This document shows, in pieces, positions 5,433 through 15,900 of a stretch of 20,000 nucleotides of DNA. The stretch is from an uncultured virus (IMG/VR IMGVR_UViG_3300030060_000981) (lineage: Duplodnaviria; Heunggongvirae; Uroviricota; Caudoviricetes), in the IMG/VR virus record IMGVR_UViG_3300030060_000981, positions 58,681 to 78,680 of that record, one strand, 5' to 3'. Under the pieces are notes generated by a model. That model had not been told where the DNA came from and did no database searches. It saw only the letters and a program-made list of their open reading frames with translations. The stretch's first letter is position 1, and each line of letters begins with the position of its first letter. Position numbers and translations under genes: made by a program.

Positions 5433-8128
5433 TATGCATGGGCGTAGTAGATGTATTTGTCATTATTGTAATTGTAATGTAAGTACCCAACTTTTAACTG
5501 GAAGCCTGTAGAAGACGGCTCAACATAAACTTCAGAAGGAGTGCTTTGTGCATCATCATCATTTAACTTCAAAAGCTTATTACTGGAACTTGATAAACCT
5601 CTAACTGTGTCAAGAATATACCAATCTCCATCACCAGAAACACGCTTAATCATAATTAGTCTTGGAGCAAAACCTGTTGTTATAACTGGACCAGTAGTTG
5701 ATCCATTTCCTGTATATACACCAACCTTGCTGATTTTGTCTATGCTGGCGAACAACAACGCCATTATAGATTCACCACTTTGATTTGTACTATAAGTATC
5801 ACCTACCCTGAAATGAGTGCTGTTCGGATGAGTGTGATCCCAAGTACCACTCATACTAAAGTTAGCTTGATCAGTTGTATTTAATTCTAAAGTTGGTGGA
5901 TTATTTCCATAATTATCTGGATCACTACCATAAACTGACAGGTGAGTTATTCCACTTACATATACCATCCAATCTGCTCCACCTCCAGCAGTTCTTGTTC
6001 TGTTCTTCAACCACATCATATTCGGGGCAACCCCTAGGCTATGCCTAATATCACGACCCTGAACACCGTCACCTGTGAAATTAACCACATCCATGCCAGC
6101 ACCTCGTTTCCATAACCAACCAAATCTTATACCTGAACCACTTGCATAACTACTCATACCACTTTGATAATCAAATACTTGATATGTATTAGCAGATTCA
6201 GCAGCCTTTGTATTAGGTGTTAGTTTCTTTCCAGATATTAATCTTGCAGTAGCGTTCCAATCTACAGCTTGTGTTGCAAAATTACTATTCTTTTGAAGAC
6301 TAAAATCTACAACATGGTTATTAGATTTAAACATTGGAGCGTTTACACTTCCGTAAACTGGAGTAAAGACCTGATTACCAAGTTCGGGAGGCTTGCCAAC
6401 GTATCCATCTGGTCTTCTTATGGCTGTAAATGAGTATGTTTCTGCTGAATTGTTCCAATGTGTTCCTGTAGATATAACCTTGAAGCCTGTAGAGGTAAAT
6501 TCAATTACATCAGCCGACCCCTCTACATCACCTCCATTTGCTTTTAGATATTCGTCATTTCCGTTAGTTACAACTCCTCTCATTGAATCCATAATATACC
6601 AATCACCTGTTCGACTTATAGCTTTTATCATTAACCAAGACGGCTCCCACCCGACATTAACTTCTAAGCCTGCGGAACCTGATCCTTTATAACTACCGCA
6701 CTTAATTACGTTTTGATCCTCTTCCTCACCAAATTTATATCCAGCTGGATCGTCGAAGGGACTATCTGTGCTTGCTGTTTGATTACCAGACCCACTAGCT
6801 GCTAGTACAGCAGGAGAAACAGTGTATCCAGTAACACTGGAATTATTACAACATAAAAGTTTAGTATTAGTTATGTTTGTTAATGGCTCATAAGGTGGTC
6901 TAAATCCTGATGTATAAACTGCTGTTCCTTTTACAAATCTAAGATTAGATATTTTCCCATTAAAACCATAAGCATTTGAACCACTATTGTATGAACCTAT
7001 ACTTGGGTAGTATCCATCAAGTCCAGCGACAGTAACATTATGCGTTGCACTATAAAATTGAGTGCCATTAAGAAATAATCTCCATGTATTCCCAGATCTA
7101 GTAACAGCTACATGATTCCAAGTACCGTCAGCTATGGACGGAGATGTCACATTATTAATAAACCAATTATTTCCTGTATCTTTAAAGAATATACCAATTG
7201 CATTTCCAGTAACATTATGCTGGAATTGAACTGGGTTACCAAACGAAAGGAAGTTTCTATTAGCAGATGTCACACCATCAGAGTTAATCCAAAGTTCAAG
7301 TGTAAAATCACTAGAACCCATTTCTAAGTCTGTACTGCTTGATTGTACGTTTAAATAATTTCCTGATCCTCCAATAAAATTAACTGATCTTGCAGTCGCA
7401 GCAGTGCTTTCTCCACCTCCGAATAGGTAGGCAATAAAAGTACCACCTGAAGTATTAACATAACCATTGTTGCCTTCTACAGTAAATGTTGTACTGGTGG
7501 GACTTGTAGAGTTCCAAGGTGACCCAGTACCAATTGCACTAGTTGTGTTTAATTTTCCATATTTTGCAGCTCCACCTTCTCTGTGATAAACCATCCAATC
7601 ACCACTAGAGTCTGTTCTCTTCACAATAATTAGACCTGGGACACAACCAAGATCGTGAGACAAAGTTTGAGCACTATTTGATCCTGAATATTCTTTTATT
7701 GTGAAAAACCCTTTTGCCTTGCGGAATGACCATGAGGTATAATCCATATCCAAAACATTTCCACCAGCAGATCTATAAGCAAGATCAAATCCATTTGAAT
7801 TAAATTGTTCTAATTCAGAAGAAGTTGAACCTCCTTGTGCGCCAGAACCATCTGATTTAAGTAAGTATCCAGCACCTCTAACAGTATCAACTAACTCGTG
7901 CATAGATTCAGATGTTCTGCTTTTTATCCATACCAGACCTCCTTTACCTGCCAAATCTATTCCATTAGTAATAGTATGTCCTGCTGTTTGATTTCCTGTA
8001 TATAAAAACGTCGAGAAAATATCGTCAAGATATGTTTTTTTAGCTACAGCACCACCAAATGCTAATCCAGTTCCTCCTCCACCCATACCAGTCAATCCAA
8101 GGAACGGAGATTGTTTAATGTTACTCAT
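5432..8128 (-). CDS. Virion surface / tail-fibre-associated protein with LamG (ConA-like) domain and repeated WxK-R beta modules
   Basis: 898 aa, G/S/T-rich. LamG signature DFTLELWI...WNHVAVTRSG...LFLNG...FNGKISNLRF. Repeated GLVWIKSR / PGLIIVKR / PSWLMIK / PNMMWLKNR / PRLIMIKR modules. Confidence 0.75.
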   Translation of the reverse strand: MSNIKQSPFLGLTGMGGGGTGLAFGGAVAKKTYLDDIFSTFLYTGNQTAGHTITNGIDLAGKGGLVWIKSRTSESMHELVDTVRGAGYLLKSDGSGAQGGSTSSELEQFNSNGFDLAYRSAGGNVLDMDYTSWSFRKAKGFFTIKEYSGSNSAQTLSHDLGCVPGLIIVKRTDSSGDWMVYHREGGAAKYGKLNTTSAIGTGSPWNSTSPTSTTFTVEGNNGYVNTSGGTFIAYLFGGGESTAATARSVNFIGGSGNYLNVQSSSTDLEMGSSDFTLELWINSDGVTSANRNFLSFGNPVQFQHNVTGNAIGIFFKDTGNNWFINNVTSPSIADGTWNHVAVTRSGNTWRLFLNGTQFYSATHNVTVAGLDGYYPSIGSYNSGSNAYGFNGKISNLRFVKGTAVYTSGFRPPYEPLTNITNTKLLCCNNSSVTGYTVSPAVLAASGSGNQTASTDSPFDDPAGYKFGEEEDQNVIKCGSYKGSGSAGLEVNVGWEPSWLMIKAISRTGDWYIMDSMRGVVTNGNDEYLKANGGDVEGSADVIEFTSTGFKVISTGTHWNNSAETYSFTAIRRPDGYVGKPPELGNQVFTPVYGSVNAPMFKSNNHVVDFSLQKNSNFATQAVDWNATARLISGKKLTPNTKAAESANTYQVFDYQSGMSSYASGSGIRFGWLWKRGAGMDVVNFTGDGVQGRDIRHSLGVAPNMMWLKNRTRTAGGGADWMVYVSGITHLSVYGSDPDNYGNNPPTLELNTTDQANFSMSGTWDHTHPNSTHFRVGDTYSTNQSGESIMALLFASIDKISKVGVYTGNGSTTGPVITTGFAPRLIMIKRVSGDGDWYILDTVRGLSSSSNKLLKLNDDDAQSTPSEVYVEPSSTGFQLKVGYLHYNYNNDKYIYYAHA

Positions 8129-8133
8129 GATAT

Positions 8134-9270
8134 TTACGCAGAAGTTTTAGAAAGATTACCTATTACGGTGAAGTCAGTTGTTCCAGCACCTGTTTTAATG
8201 ATTGTATACGAATATATGTCTACTCCCGAACCACCACCAGCAGCAGGTACTTCCCCTCCTATCCAGTTCTCTGTGGTTGCTGCACCTTCTATGGTTAACT
8301 GTGCTGAATATCCACCAGCAGCAGCAGTTGTGATGATTGTAACCACCATTGTATCACCAGTAGACATGATGGTATTGATACCAGCACTTGCAGTGATGTT
8401 AGGTGTAGATGTTGTTGTCTCAGTAGTGGTAAAGTAATGAACCATACCATTATCTAAGTTGATATTCTGGTTGTCACTTAACTTACCAGCAGTTATCTTT
8501 ACTTTCTCAGTTAACGAAGAGTTTGAAAATTTAAATGCAGAATCGTTTGTAATAGTTAATGATGTGCCACCCTGACCACCGATGTATGTATCAGTACCTT
8601 CATAATTCCATAAAAATCCTTTTTCACTACTATCTAAACCAACACTAAAGCCGTCTCCTGATGCTCCTCCTGTTGTTGTATTTTGGAATTGTACTTGTGT
8701 TTGTCCACTTGAATTTTCATAAAGAACAAAAGCTCTTTGTGGATTATTAGTTCCGATCCCGATTTTTCCATCATTTACAACACGAACTCTTTCAGTTCCT
8801 TCTGTTGATACTTTAAAATGACCATCAGAACCAGTATCAACTACCTCTGCTGTTGTATTACCTTCTTCAATTTTATCTATTCCTGTCAGTCCTGATCCAG
8901 CACCACTAAAGCTTGTAGCAGTAACAACACCAGTTACAGTCAATCCTGTATTAATTCCTACTCCACCCTTCTGATCATCATACTTAATAGTTACATTAGA
9001 AGGACCATATATCTCTATACCTGAACCATCCTGAGTCGCAGATGTAGGAGTAGCAGTTGAAGCGATACCAACTGTCTTATCCTTTACATCAAGTGTGTCA
9101 GAATTAATAATTGTCTGACTTCCCTGAACAGTTAAATCGCCAGAAAGTATTAAGTTTGTTCCAGTAGCATTAGTTGCTAATGCTCCATCAAACTTAGTTG
9201 CAGTAACAACACCAGTTACATTAAAACCACTTGGTAAATTAGCAACTAATTGGGTCTTTGTCTGGCTCAT
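8134..9270 (-). CDS. Tail-fibre-like stalk/adaptor protein
   Basis: 378 aa with VTGVVTATxF repeats and TEGTERVRVVNDGKIGIGTNNP fibre motif. The C-terminal domain is paralogous to that of 16975-17832. Confidence 0.7.
   Translation of the reverse strand: MSQTKTQLVANLPSGFNVTGVVTATKFDGALATNATGTNLILSGDLTVQGSQTIINSDTLDVKDKTVGIASTATPTSATQDGSGIEIYGPSNVTIKYDDQKGGVGINTGLTVTGVVTATSFSGAGSGLTGIDKIEEGNTTAEVVDTGSDGHFKVSTEGTERVRVVNDGKIGIGTNNPQRAFVLYENSSGQTQVQFQNTTTGGASGDGFSVGLDSSEKGFLWNYEGTDTYIGGQGGTSLTITNDSAFKFSNSSLTEKVKITAGKLSDNQNINLDNGMVHYFTTTETTTSTPNITASAGINTIMSTGDTMVVTIITTAAAGGYSAQLTIEGAATTENWIGGEVPAAGGGSGVDIYSYTIIKTGAGTTDFTVIGNLSKTSA
8880..9140. repeat. Shared fibre module copy A
   Basis: Identical blocks: 8901-8925 = 10760-10784; 9065-9094 = 10924-10953; 9002-9021 = 17468-17487; 8944-8960 = 10803-10819 = 17410-17426. 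Confidence 0.85.
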
Positions 9271-9288
9271 TTTCTATTACTTTCTAGT

Positions 9289-9295
9289 TATTTAG
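9289..9295 (-). promoter_or_regulatory. Late promoter variant CTAAATA
   Basis: Minus strand CTAAATA-ACTAGAAAGTA upstream of ATG 9270. Confidence 0.65.
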
Positions 9296-9296
9296 C

Positions 9297-11108
9297 TTAT
9301 TTAATAAGGAGTTTAGTACTATCTATTGCTACTCCAGCAACAGGAGCAGATGGTGTTGGTAAGTTATTGTCTATAAACGAAACGAGTCCACCATCACCTT
9401 GAGCATAATATTTTGATCCTGTAGTAAAACCAACCTGACCAGAAACGACTGTACCGACTGCCTTCACATTGACAGTTTGACCATTAGTATAAGCAGCATC
9501 AGAGTAACCAACATAATTTGTACCATCACCATTAAGAGTAGAATTTCTAAGTGCTTCTACTTTGGCATATGCGTTCAGAGGGGTCTCAATCGCACCAGAA
9601 ATAATTATAGAATTGCCTCCCTGTACTAATGATATCATACCACCGTACCCACTAGTAAGAACTTTTTCATCAGTCCAAGTCATCACTTCAGGATCTGAAG
9701 AATCTGCTGGATTTATCTTTCCACGATAATAATATAGTTTTGTGATACTAGATGTTCTGTAAGACATTAAAACATATGATTTATTATATGGATCATAAGC
9801 TAAGAAGTTACCACCATGTAGATTGGTTGCATCCTGTCTTATTCCAGTAGGTTCACCCCATGTTATGCTAGTAGCACTCACATATTTTCCTACAATAGAT
9901 TGTATTTCATTTGTGTTATAATTATATGAAGTAAGAACAATCCTTTCTCTCTCTTCATTATAGTGCATATTAAATCTATTCTGATTAGTATTATAATAGA
10001 TCTTACCAGCACTTACTATTGATATAGATGATCCACTTACTGTACCAATATATGCCCAAGCATTATTACTTTGACCTGCATCATAACCAAGACCTAAAAT
10101 AACTTTATTGTTCTTAGTATCATAGGTAACTCCTGGAGCATAAGAGTTAGAGCCAGCGACTTGTACTCCAGTTCCATATGATAGACCTGTTCCACTAATT
10201 GCAACCATATAAACGTTTGCAACATTACTACTATTCTTGAAATGAACAACTATTTGATTAGTATCAGGATCCATACAGCACTCAATTCCCTCTATGGTTC
10301 CAGAAGATAATTGTGCTATAGAACCAAATGAAGGTGTTGTACCACTTACTGAAATAACTTTTCCAGCGAGATTACTACTATTTCTCCAGAATACAACAAA
10401 TTTATCAGAGTTTGGATCATAGACTCCTCTAACATACCCATCCATATTACCACCTGTTTCAAATGCTGCCCAAGCACCCCATGTTATAGTAGTTCCACTT
10501 ATTGTTCCCACTGCACAATGACCAGTGCTATCAGAAGTCCTCCTTGCTAGAGCAACTACTTTACCATTTCCATATACAAGCTCACCAGATCCAGCAACTA
10601 AATCTGTTGATCCAATTTTTGCATATGGTCCCCATTCTGCTTTAGTTCCTGTAATGACACCAACTTTACCATCAGGAAGAATAGCAAGAGAACGATTTGC
10701 AGGTATTGTGCCAGAAGCAGTTGCAGTAAATCCAGTTACACCAGTTAATCCAGATCCATCACCACTAAAGCTTGTAGCAGTAACGAAACCAGTTACACTT
10801 AATCCTGTATTAATTCCTATTCCACCTTTCTGTCCACTATATGTCAACGTAACATTAGAAGGTCCATATATCTCTATACCTGCACCATCCTGTGTCAGTG
10901 CCGTTGGGTTTGCTGTTGACGCAATACCAACTGTCTTATCCTTTACATCAAGTATATCACTATTAATTACAGTCTGCGTTCCCTCCACTACCATGTCACC
11001 ATAGACATTTAGTGTGCTGCCAGCAGCAACTCGCATCCCATTAGGAAAGGTCGGTCCTAATGTAGAACCTGTCCTGTCTTTAATGTTGTCAACGTTTAAC
11101 TGAGACAT
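9297..11108 (-). CDS. Fibre protein with putative beta-propeller head
   Basis: 603 aa: shared fibre module, then repeated (V/I)GT(I/V)SGTxIx(W/F)G and YDP units. Paralogous to 11142-12917. Confidence 0.7.
   Translation of the reverse strand: MSQLNVDNIKDRTGSTLGPTFPNGMRVAAGSTLNVYGDMVVEGTQTVINSDILDVKDKTVGIASTANPTALTQDGAGIEIYGPSNVTLTYSGQKGGIGINTGLSVTGFVTATSFSGDGSGLTGVTGFTATASGTIPANRSLAILPDGKVGVITGTKAEWGPYAKIGSTDLVAGSGELVYGNGKVVALARRTSDSTGHCAVGTISGTTITWGAWAAFETGGNMDGYVRGVYDPNSDKFVVFWRNSSNLAGKVISVSGTTPSFGSIAQLSSGTIEGIECCMDPDTNQIVVHFKNSSNVANVYMVAISGTGLSYGTGVQVAGSNSYAPGVTYDTKNNKVILGLGYDAGQSNNAWAYIGTVSGSSISIVSAGKIYYNTNQNRFNMHYNEERERIVLTSYNYNTNEIQSIVGKYVSATSITWGEPTGIRQDATNLHGGNFLAYDPYNKSYVLMSYRTSSITKLYYYRGKINPADSSDPEVMTWTDEKVLTSGYGGMISLVQGGNSIIISGAIETPLNAYAKVEALRNSTLNGDGTNYVGYSDAAYTNGQTVNVKAVGTVVSGQVGFTTGSKYYAQGDGGLVSFIDNNLPTPSAPVAGVAIDSTKLLIK
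10740..11000. repeat. Shared fibre module copy B
   Basis: Encodes GDMVVEGTQTVINSDILDVKDKTVGIASTANPT...GIEIYGPSNVT...GGIGINTGL; shares identical DNA blocks with copies A and C. Confidence 0.85.
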
Positions 11109-11124
11109 CTTATTACTTTTTAGT

Positions 11125-11132
11125 TATTTATA
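11125..11132 (-). promoter_or_regulatory. T4 gp55-type late promoter TATAAATA
   Basis: Exact consensus, followed by ACTAAAAAGTA, upstream of ATG 11108. Confidence 0.85.
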
Positions 11133-11141
11133 GAAGTTGAT

Positions 11142-12917
11142 TCAAGTCTTAATGATCAAATTAGTTGTTGATAATGCGATACCAGCAGAAATATACCCAT
11201 ATTTTCCTTCTGGGTCATTAAAGAACTGTCCACTTAAAGAAGGAGTATTAGTTAACGAAGCATCAGGTAATACATAATATTTTTTTGAAGTCGATAATCC
11301 TACCTGATTAGTGTCTATTGCACCAGCAATCTTAATAGTTGCTGTCTGACCATCAGTATAGGAAGCTTTGGAGAATCCTAAGAAATTTTCTGACGTTAAA
11401 TTAGTATCTTGAGTTGAAGATGCCCATACAGCACCAAGTTTTGCACTTGTTTCTCCTGGCTTATAATAATAGGGGAATCCAGCAAAGACTTTCTTCCCTG
11501 TAGGATCAAATGCCATACTACTAAAATATGCCATAGGATAAGATCCTGCAAAACCAACTGGAGTTGTAGCCGCAACTCTTTCATATCCACCAAAACTATT
11601 ACCAATACCCAAAACACCTGATGAATTCTCTATATCTCCACTTATTATCTTAGCTCTGACCAATCTTGCTGCTTGATAGGATTCTCCTCTATAAATGATA
11701 TACATTTCATTATTTACAGTATCAAATGTGCTTGACACATATTCTCCCTTGACATCTTCTATTAGTTTGACTGATTGTACTCTAAACAATCCTTGTGTGC
11801 CACCACTAGCATTAACTGGAATACCAGTGGCAATCATTAAACCTCTTTCAGGAGAAGTGTTCTCTGCTTCAGACATCCAAGCAATCATCATTTTCTCATT
11901 TACAGGATCATATTCTATACAAGGATAGGCTTGTTGGTTGTTTCCGTTAGTTACTTGAACCGCATCCCCTTTAGTAATAGTTGTTCCAGATACAACTATG
12001 GTTATAGTCTGTAATTGACCAGCAGAATTATACCAAACAATTACACCAGTATCACTCGCAGTGTGCCAAGCACCATCCATAAAATTTGGAACTCCTCCTT
12101 GTAATTCGATTTGAGTACCAAACGTTACACTTGTGCCACTTATTGTACCACAAATAGCATCAGTACCACTAGAACCATTTTTTAATCCAATTATAAATTT
12201 ATTTGTATTACCAACATTAAATAAAGCAAATTGAGCAAAAGTGTTGGCAGTAGTAAATGTAACTATACTACCAAACGATATGGATGTCCCACTCACTGTT
12301 CCAATCACGCACTTTCCCCTTTGATTATCACCAGAATCAGAATTAATTATAACTACTTTACCAGTATTAGAATTAAAGATAACTCTAGGATAATAGGGTT
12401 CACCATCTTCAAATTCTACAGCAGTTCCCCATGATATACTCGTTCCTGTAACTGTACCAACCCTTGCACTTCCCTTACCAGAATCTCTATATACAATAAT
12501 TACTTTATTATTTGTAGTGTCATATGCAAGATCACACCAACTACTGTTAGCAGTAGCAAAGTCATTCTTATCTCCAAATCCCAAATTTGTACCAGTAACA
12601 ATACCTGCTTTACCGTCAGTTGTAACAACAACTGCTTTACCAGCACCTATTGAACCTGAAGCAACTATGTCTATTGTTGGTTCTGCCTTTACTCCAGTTA
12701 AGTTAGAAGCATCAAGAGATGGTAATGCACCACTCAACTTTGATGAAGATACAGTACCCAATCTCGCATCAGCTATCGTACCAGTCAATCCAGCAGCGGG
12801 TAAAGCACCACTAAAGGTAGTAGCAGTTACAACACCAGTTACATTTGCACCATGAGGAAAAGATGGTGAACTTGCACCCGACTGAGATCTTATGTTGTCA
12901 ACTCTAATTTCAGACAT
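11142..12917 (-). CDS. Fibre protein with putative beta-propeller head (paralog of 9297-11108)
   Basis: 591 aa. MSEIRVDNI start, ASGSIGAGKAVVVTTDGKAG, GTVxGTSIS(W/F)G repeats, and C-terminal GFSKASYTDGQT...QVGLSTSKKYY...AGIALSTTNLIIK. Confidence 0.7.
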   Translation of the reverse strand: MSEIRVDNIRSQSGASSPSFPHGANVTGVVTATTFSGALPAAGLTGTIADARLGTVSSSKLSGALPSLDASNLTGVKAEPTIDIVASGSIGAGKAVVVTTDGKAGIVTGTNLGFGDKNDFATANSSWCDLAYDTTNNKVIIVYRDSGKGSARVGTVTGTSISWGTAVEFEDGEPYYPRVIFNSNTGKVVIINSDSGDNQRGKCVIGTVSGTSISFGSIVTFTTANTFAQFALFNVGNTNKFIIGLKNGSSGTDAICGTISGTSVTFGTQIELQGGVPNFMDGAWHTASDTGVIVWYNSAGQLQTITIVVSGTTITKGDAVQVTNGNNQQAYPCIEYDPVNEKMMIAWMSEAENTSPERGLMIATGIPVNASGGTQGLFRVQSVKLIEDVKGEYVSSTFDTVNNEMYIIYRGESYQAARLVRAKIISGDIENSSGVLGIGNSFGGYERVAATTPVGFAGSYPMAYFSSMAFDPTGKKVFAGFPYYYKPGETSAKLGAVWASSTQDTNLTSENFLGFSKASYTDGQTATIKIAGAIDTNQVGLSTSKKYYVLPDASLTNTPSLSGQFFNDPEGKYGYISAGIALSTTNLIIKT

Positions 12918-12934
12918 CTGCTCTACTTTTTAGG

Positions 12935-12942
12935 TATTTATA
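12935..12942 (-). promoter_or_regulatory. T4 gp55-type late promoter TATAAATA
   Basis: Exact consensus, followed by CCTAAAAAGTA, upstream of ATG 12917. Confidence 0.85.
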
Positions 12943-12945
12943 GGA

Positions 12946-15900
12946 CTATGAATGTGCATAATAAATGTATCGGTAACCATCTTGATTTACATCACTGTTA
13001 GTGCTTATTAGTTTAAATGTTGTATCAGTAACCTCATAAAGTGCAGCATTGCTAACTTGAACCATCTGAACATTAAGGTAAATATACCAAGTGTTACCAC
13101 TAGTATTTTCTCTATAAGAATCAAAAAGCATCCAGTTACCAGGATGACTCGAACACTTAATGATGAGGACTCTGGGTTTAAATCCTAGTGTTATTTCAGG
13201 ACCAGTAGTACTTCCATTTCCAATGTACGATCCAAGTTTTGATACTCCAGTAACACTTCTGAATAATAAAGCTTGCATATAGTGTGCTTCAGCTAAATTA
13301 TTAGCACCATTTTGTACATTAATATTACCACCAATAGTGAAATGAGTGCTTGTAGGAGCTGTTCCATTCCAAACAGAATTCCACGCAGAACCAGTGTTAT
13401 CCCAATCTTGAGTTTCATTCAACTTTCCCCAATAATTTTCAGGAGTACCAGTACCATCAACAGCTTGAGAATACTTATGATAAACTGCCCAATGATTACC
13501 AGATGCATAATCTAAATTCTTAACAATCACCATTTCTGGTTCTCCACCCAAATTGTGCTGAATAGATTTTGGTTTATCTAATGCACCTATATGACCATTA
13601 AGACCACCAGGATATATAAGTGATTGAAAATCTCTACCATTCTTCCACATCCATGATTGATGTAAATCACCTGTACCTGAATTTGTTCTCCAACCAATGT
13701 TTGATTTCCAATCAAATGATGTATCCACACCACCATGAGTATAATTGTAAGCTGTATACCCAACCATACCATCACCCCATTCTCTCGAACCCACCATTAT
13801 TTGGTCATTTGAAGCAGGTTCTCTAAACCATGCATGATCAACAGGGAAACCCCTAGTAAATCCTGGTGAAGTGGTCAACCCCGCTCTCATAGCACCATAA
13901 TATTCTGGACTATATGCAGGAATATAGTCTTGCTCTCCACCTTTTGATAAACCAAATGTTTTAAATCCATCAGTATGTGTTTTCTCAAGTGCTCCATCTG
14001 CACCACGAATAGCCATCCAAACTATATCATCATTAGTACCAGAAAGGGTGGTAGATTGTCCAGGAAACGCTCCTCTTTCATATGGCCAACCATAATTTCC
14101 TGGTCCTTGTTCATCTTGAGATAGATTAGCAGCCAGATATCTATTGGTAGTATGATGCCATCCTCTCATAGTATCCATAATGATCCAATCACCAGTAGCG
14201 TTTGTTTTCTTTGTCAATATCCATTGAGGTTTAAATCCAATGTCATCAATCATTGATAGACCAGAATTAGCATCAGATTTGTATACTCCACACTTAATAA
14301 TTTCTTGATCACGATTCAATCCAAATTTCTGTGAATTTGGATCTGTAAATGGAGAACATTTACCTCCTCTATTAGCCTGAACTTGACCAGGCATTGGATC
14401 CTTAAGGTATACCCCATCAACATCAATCGCATAAAATGCAGTTGATCCAGCTACAGTAAAAGTAATAGAAGAAACAGTTGTTTCACTCGATACAACATCA
14501 TACCATGTTTGAGCTTGATACTCTTGACTTTGACTAGATCCACCATTAACTTGCCAAGTCAGAGTTGCAGAACCACCACGAGACATATTAAACCTAATAC
14601 TACTTGCAGTTATAGCAGGACTAAATGTAAGAGTTTGAGTGCCACTCTGACCATCTGCATAACTGGTGGTAGTTCCATCAAATATAGCATGTTTTGATGT
14701 GACAGTTCCTGAATATTTGGTAGACCATATAGTTCCATCATTTATCGTACCAGCAACAATATTAGGAGAAACAACTGCACCATTTACATTGGATGCATCA
14801 GTGAGACATAGAATCTTAACGTTTGATGGTATCGCACCTTGACTGGTTGTTGTTAGTGTTCTAGTGGGTGGTTTAAAATCAGCAGTATATAATGCTTGAC
14901 CTTTAGTATATCTAAAATTACTCACCATTCCATCAAACATATTAGAAGTTGCGAAAGCTCCACCAATCAATACATATATGTTTTCATAGTCATAGGTATC
15001 AGAATAACCTTGAGATGCATCACTAAATTGTTGAAGTCTTCCATTAATATACAATTTAAGAACATTCGACTCTTTCACGATAGCAGCATGATACCACTGA
15101 TTTAAAAGGAAATTGCCAGGTTCTTTTGTTTTAATTTCACTACTACCTCTATTCGCACCAAACACAAACACCTGATCATCACTATTCCAATTATATCCTA
15201 GTGTTATACTTCTACCTTTATTAGTTTCAAATTGAGCATCTTTACCAAGTGAGAATATTCCACCTTGAGTTTGAGATTCCGCTCTAAAGAAACATTCAGC
15301 AGTAAAATCACCTGTTCCTGCCATTAAATCAGTAGATGCTATTCCATTACCAAGTCTTTTAGAACCACTGGCATTAAAATATCCACATCCTGCATTTGGA
15401 TCTGGTCCTCCTCCAAAAATATAAGCGATATATGTTGCACCGTTCTTATTTACTCTATCATTATTACCAACTTGGAATTGAGTGGTAGTAGGATAGAAAC
15501 CATTCCAATAATCACTAGTTGATTGAGCTGCATCAGTTGCATTTAATCTCAATTGTTTAGCAGGAGCATCATTATTAGCAGTTGCAAGACCTGAGTGATA
15601 GACTGCCCAATCTTGTGATTCAGAAGTACACTTGACCATAATGACGCCAGGAATCGCTTTCAGATTATGAGCGATCGTCTGAGTGGAAGAATTATTTCCA
15701 GTGTATTCAATTATATCAAAGAAACCTTCACTCTTCTTCCAACTATATGATACAATTTTATGTCCACTCGTGTTGACAAGACCAGACGTACCAAGAGTAA
15801 ATCCATCTCTATTAAAAGATTTTAATGTATTTGTTTCGTTACCTGCTTGTGAAGCACCATCTGAGTACAATTGTTTGAGTGGTCCTCGAACCGTATCATA

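Noticed and set aside
8131..8137. GTAAATA as a late promoter for the 898-aa gene
   Set aside because: It overlaps the upstream stop codon and lies only 2 nt from the ATG, too close to yield an intact start.
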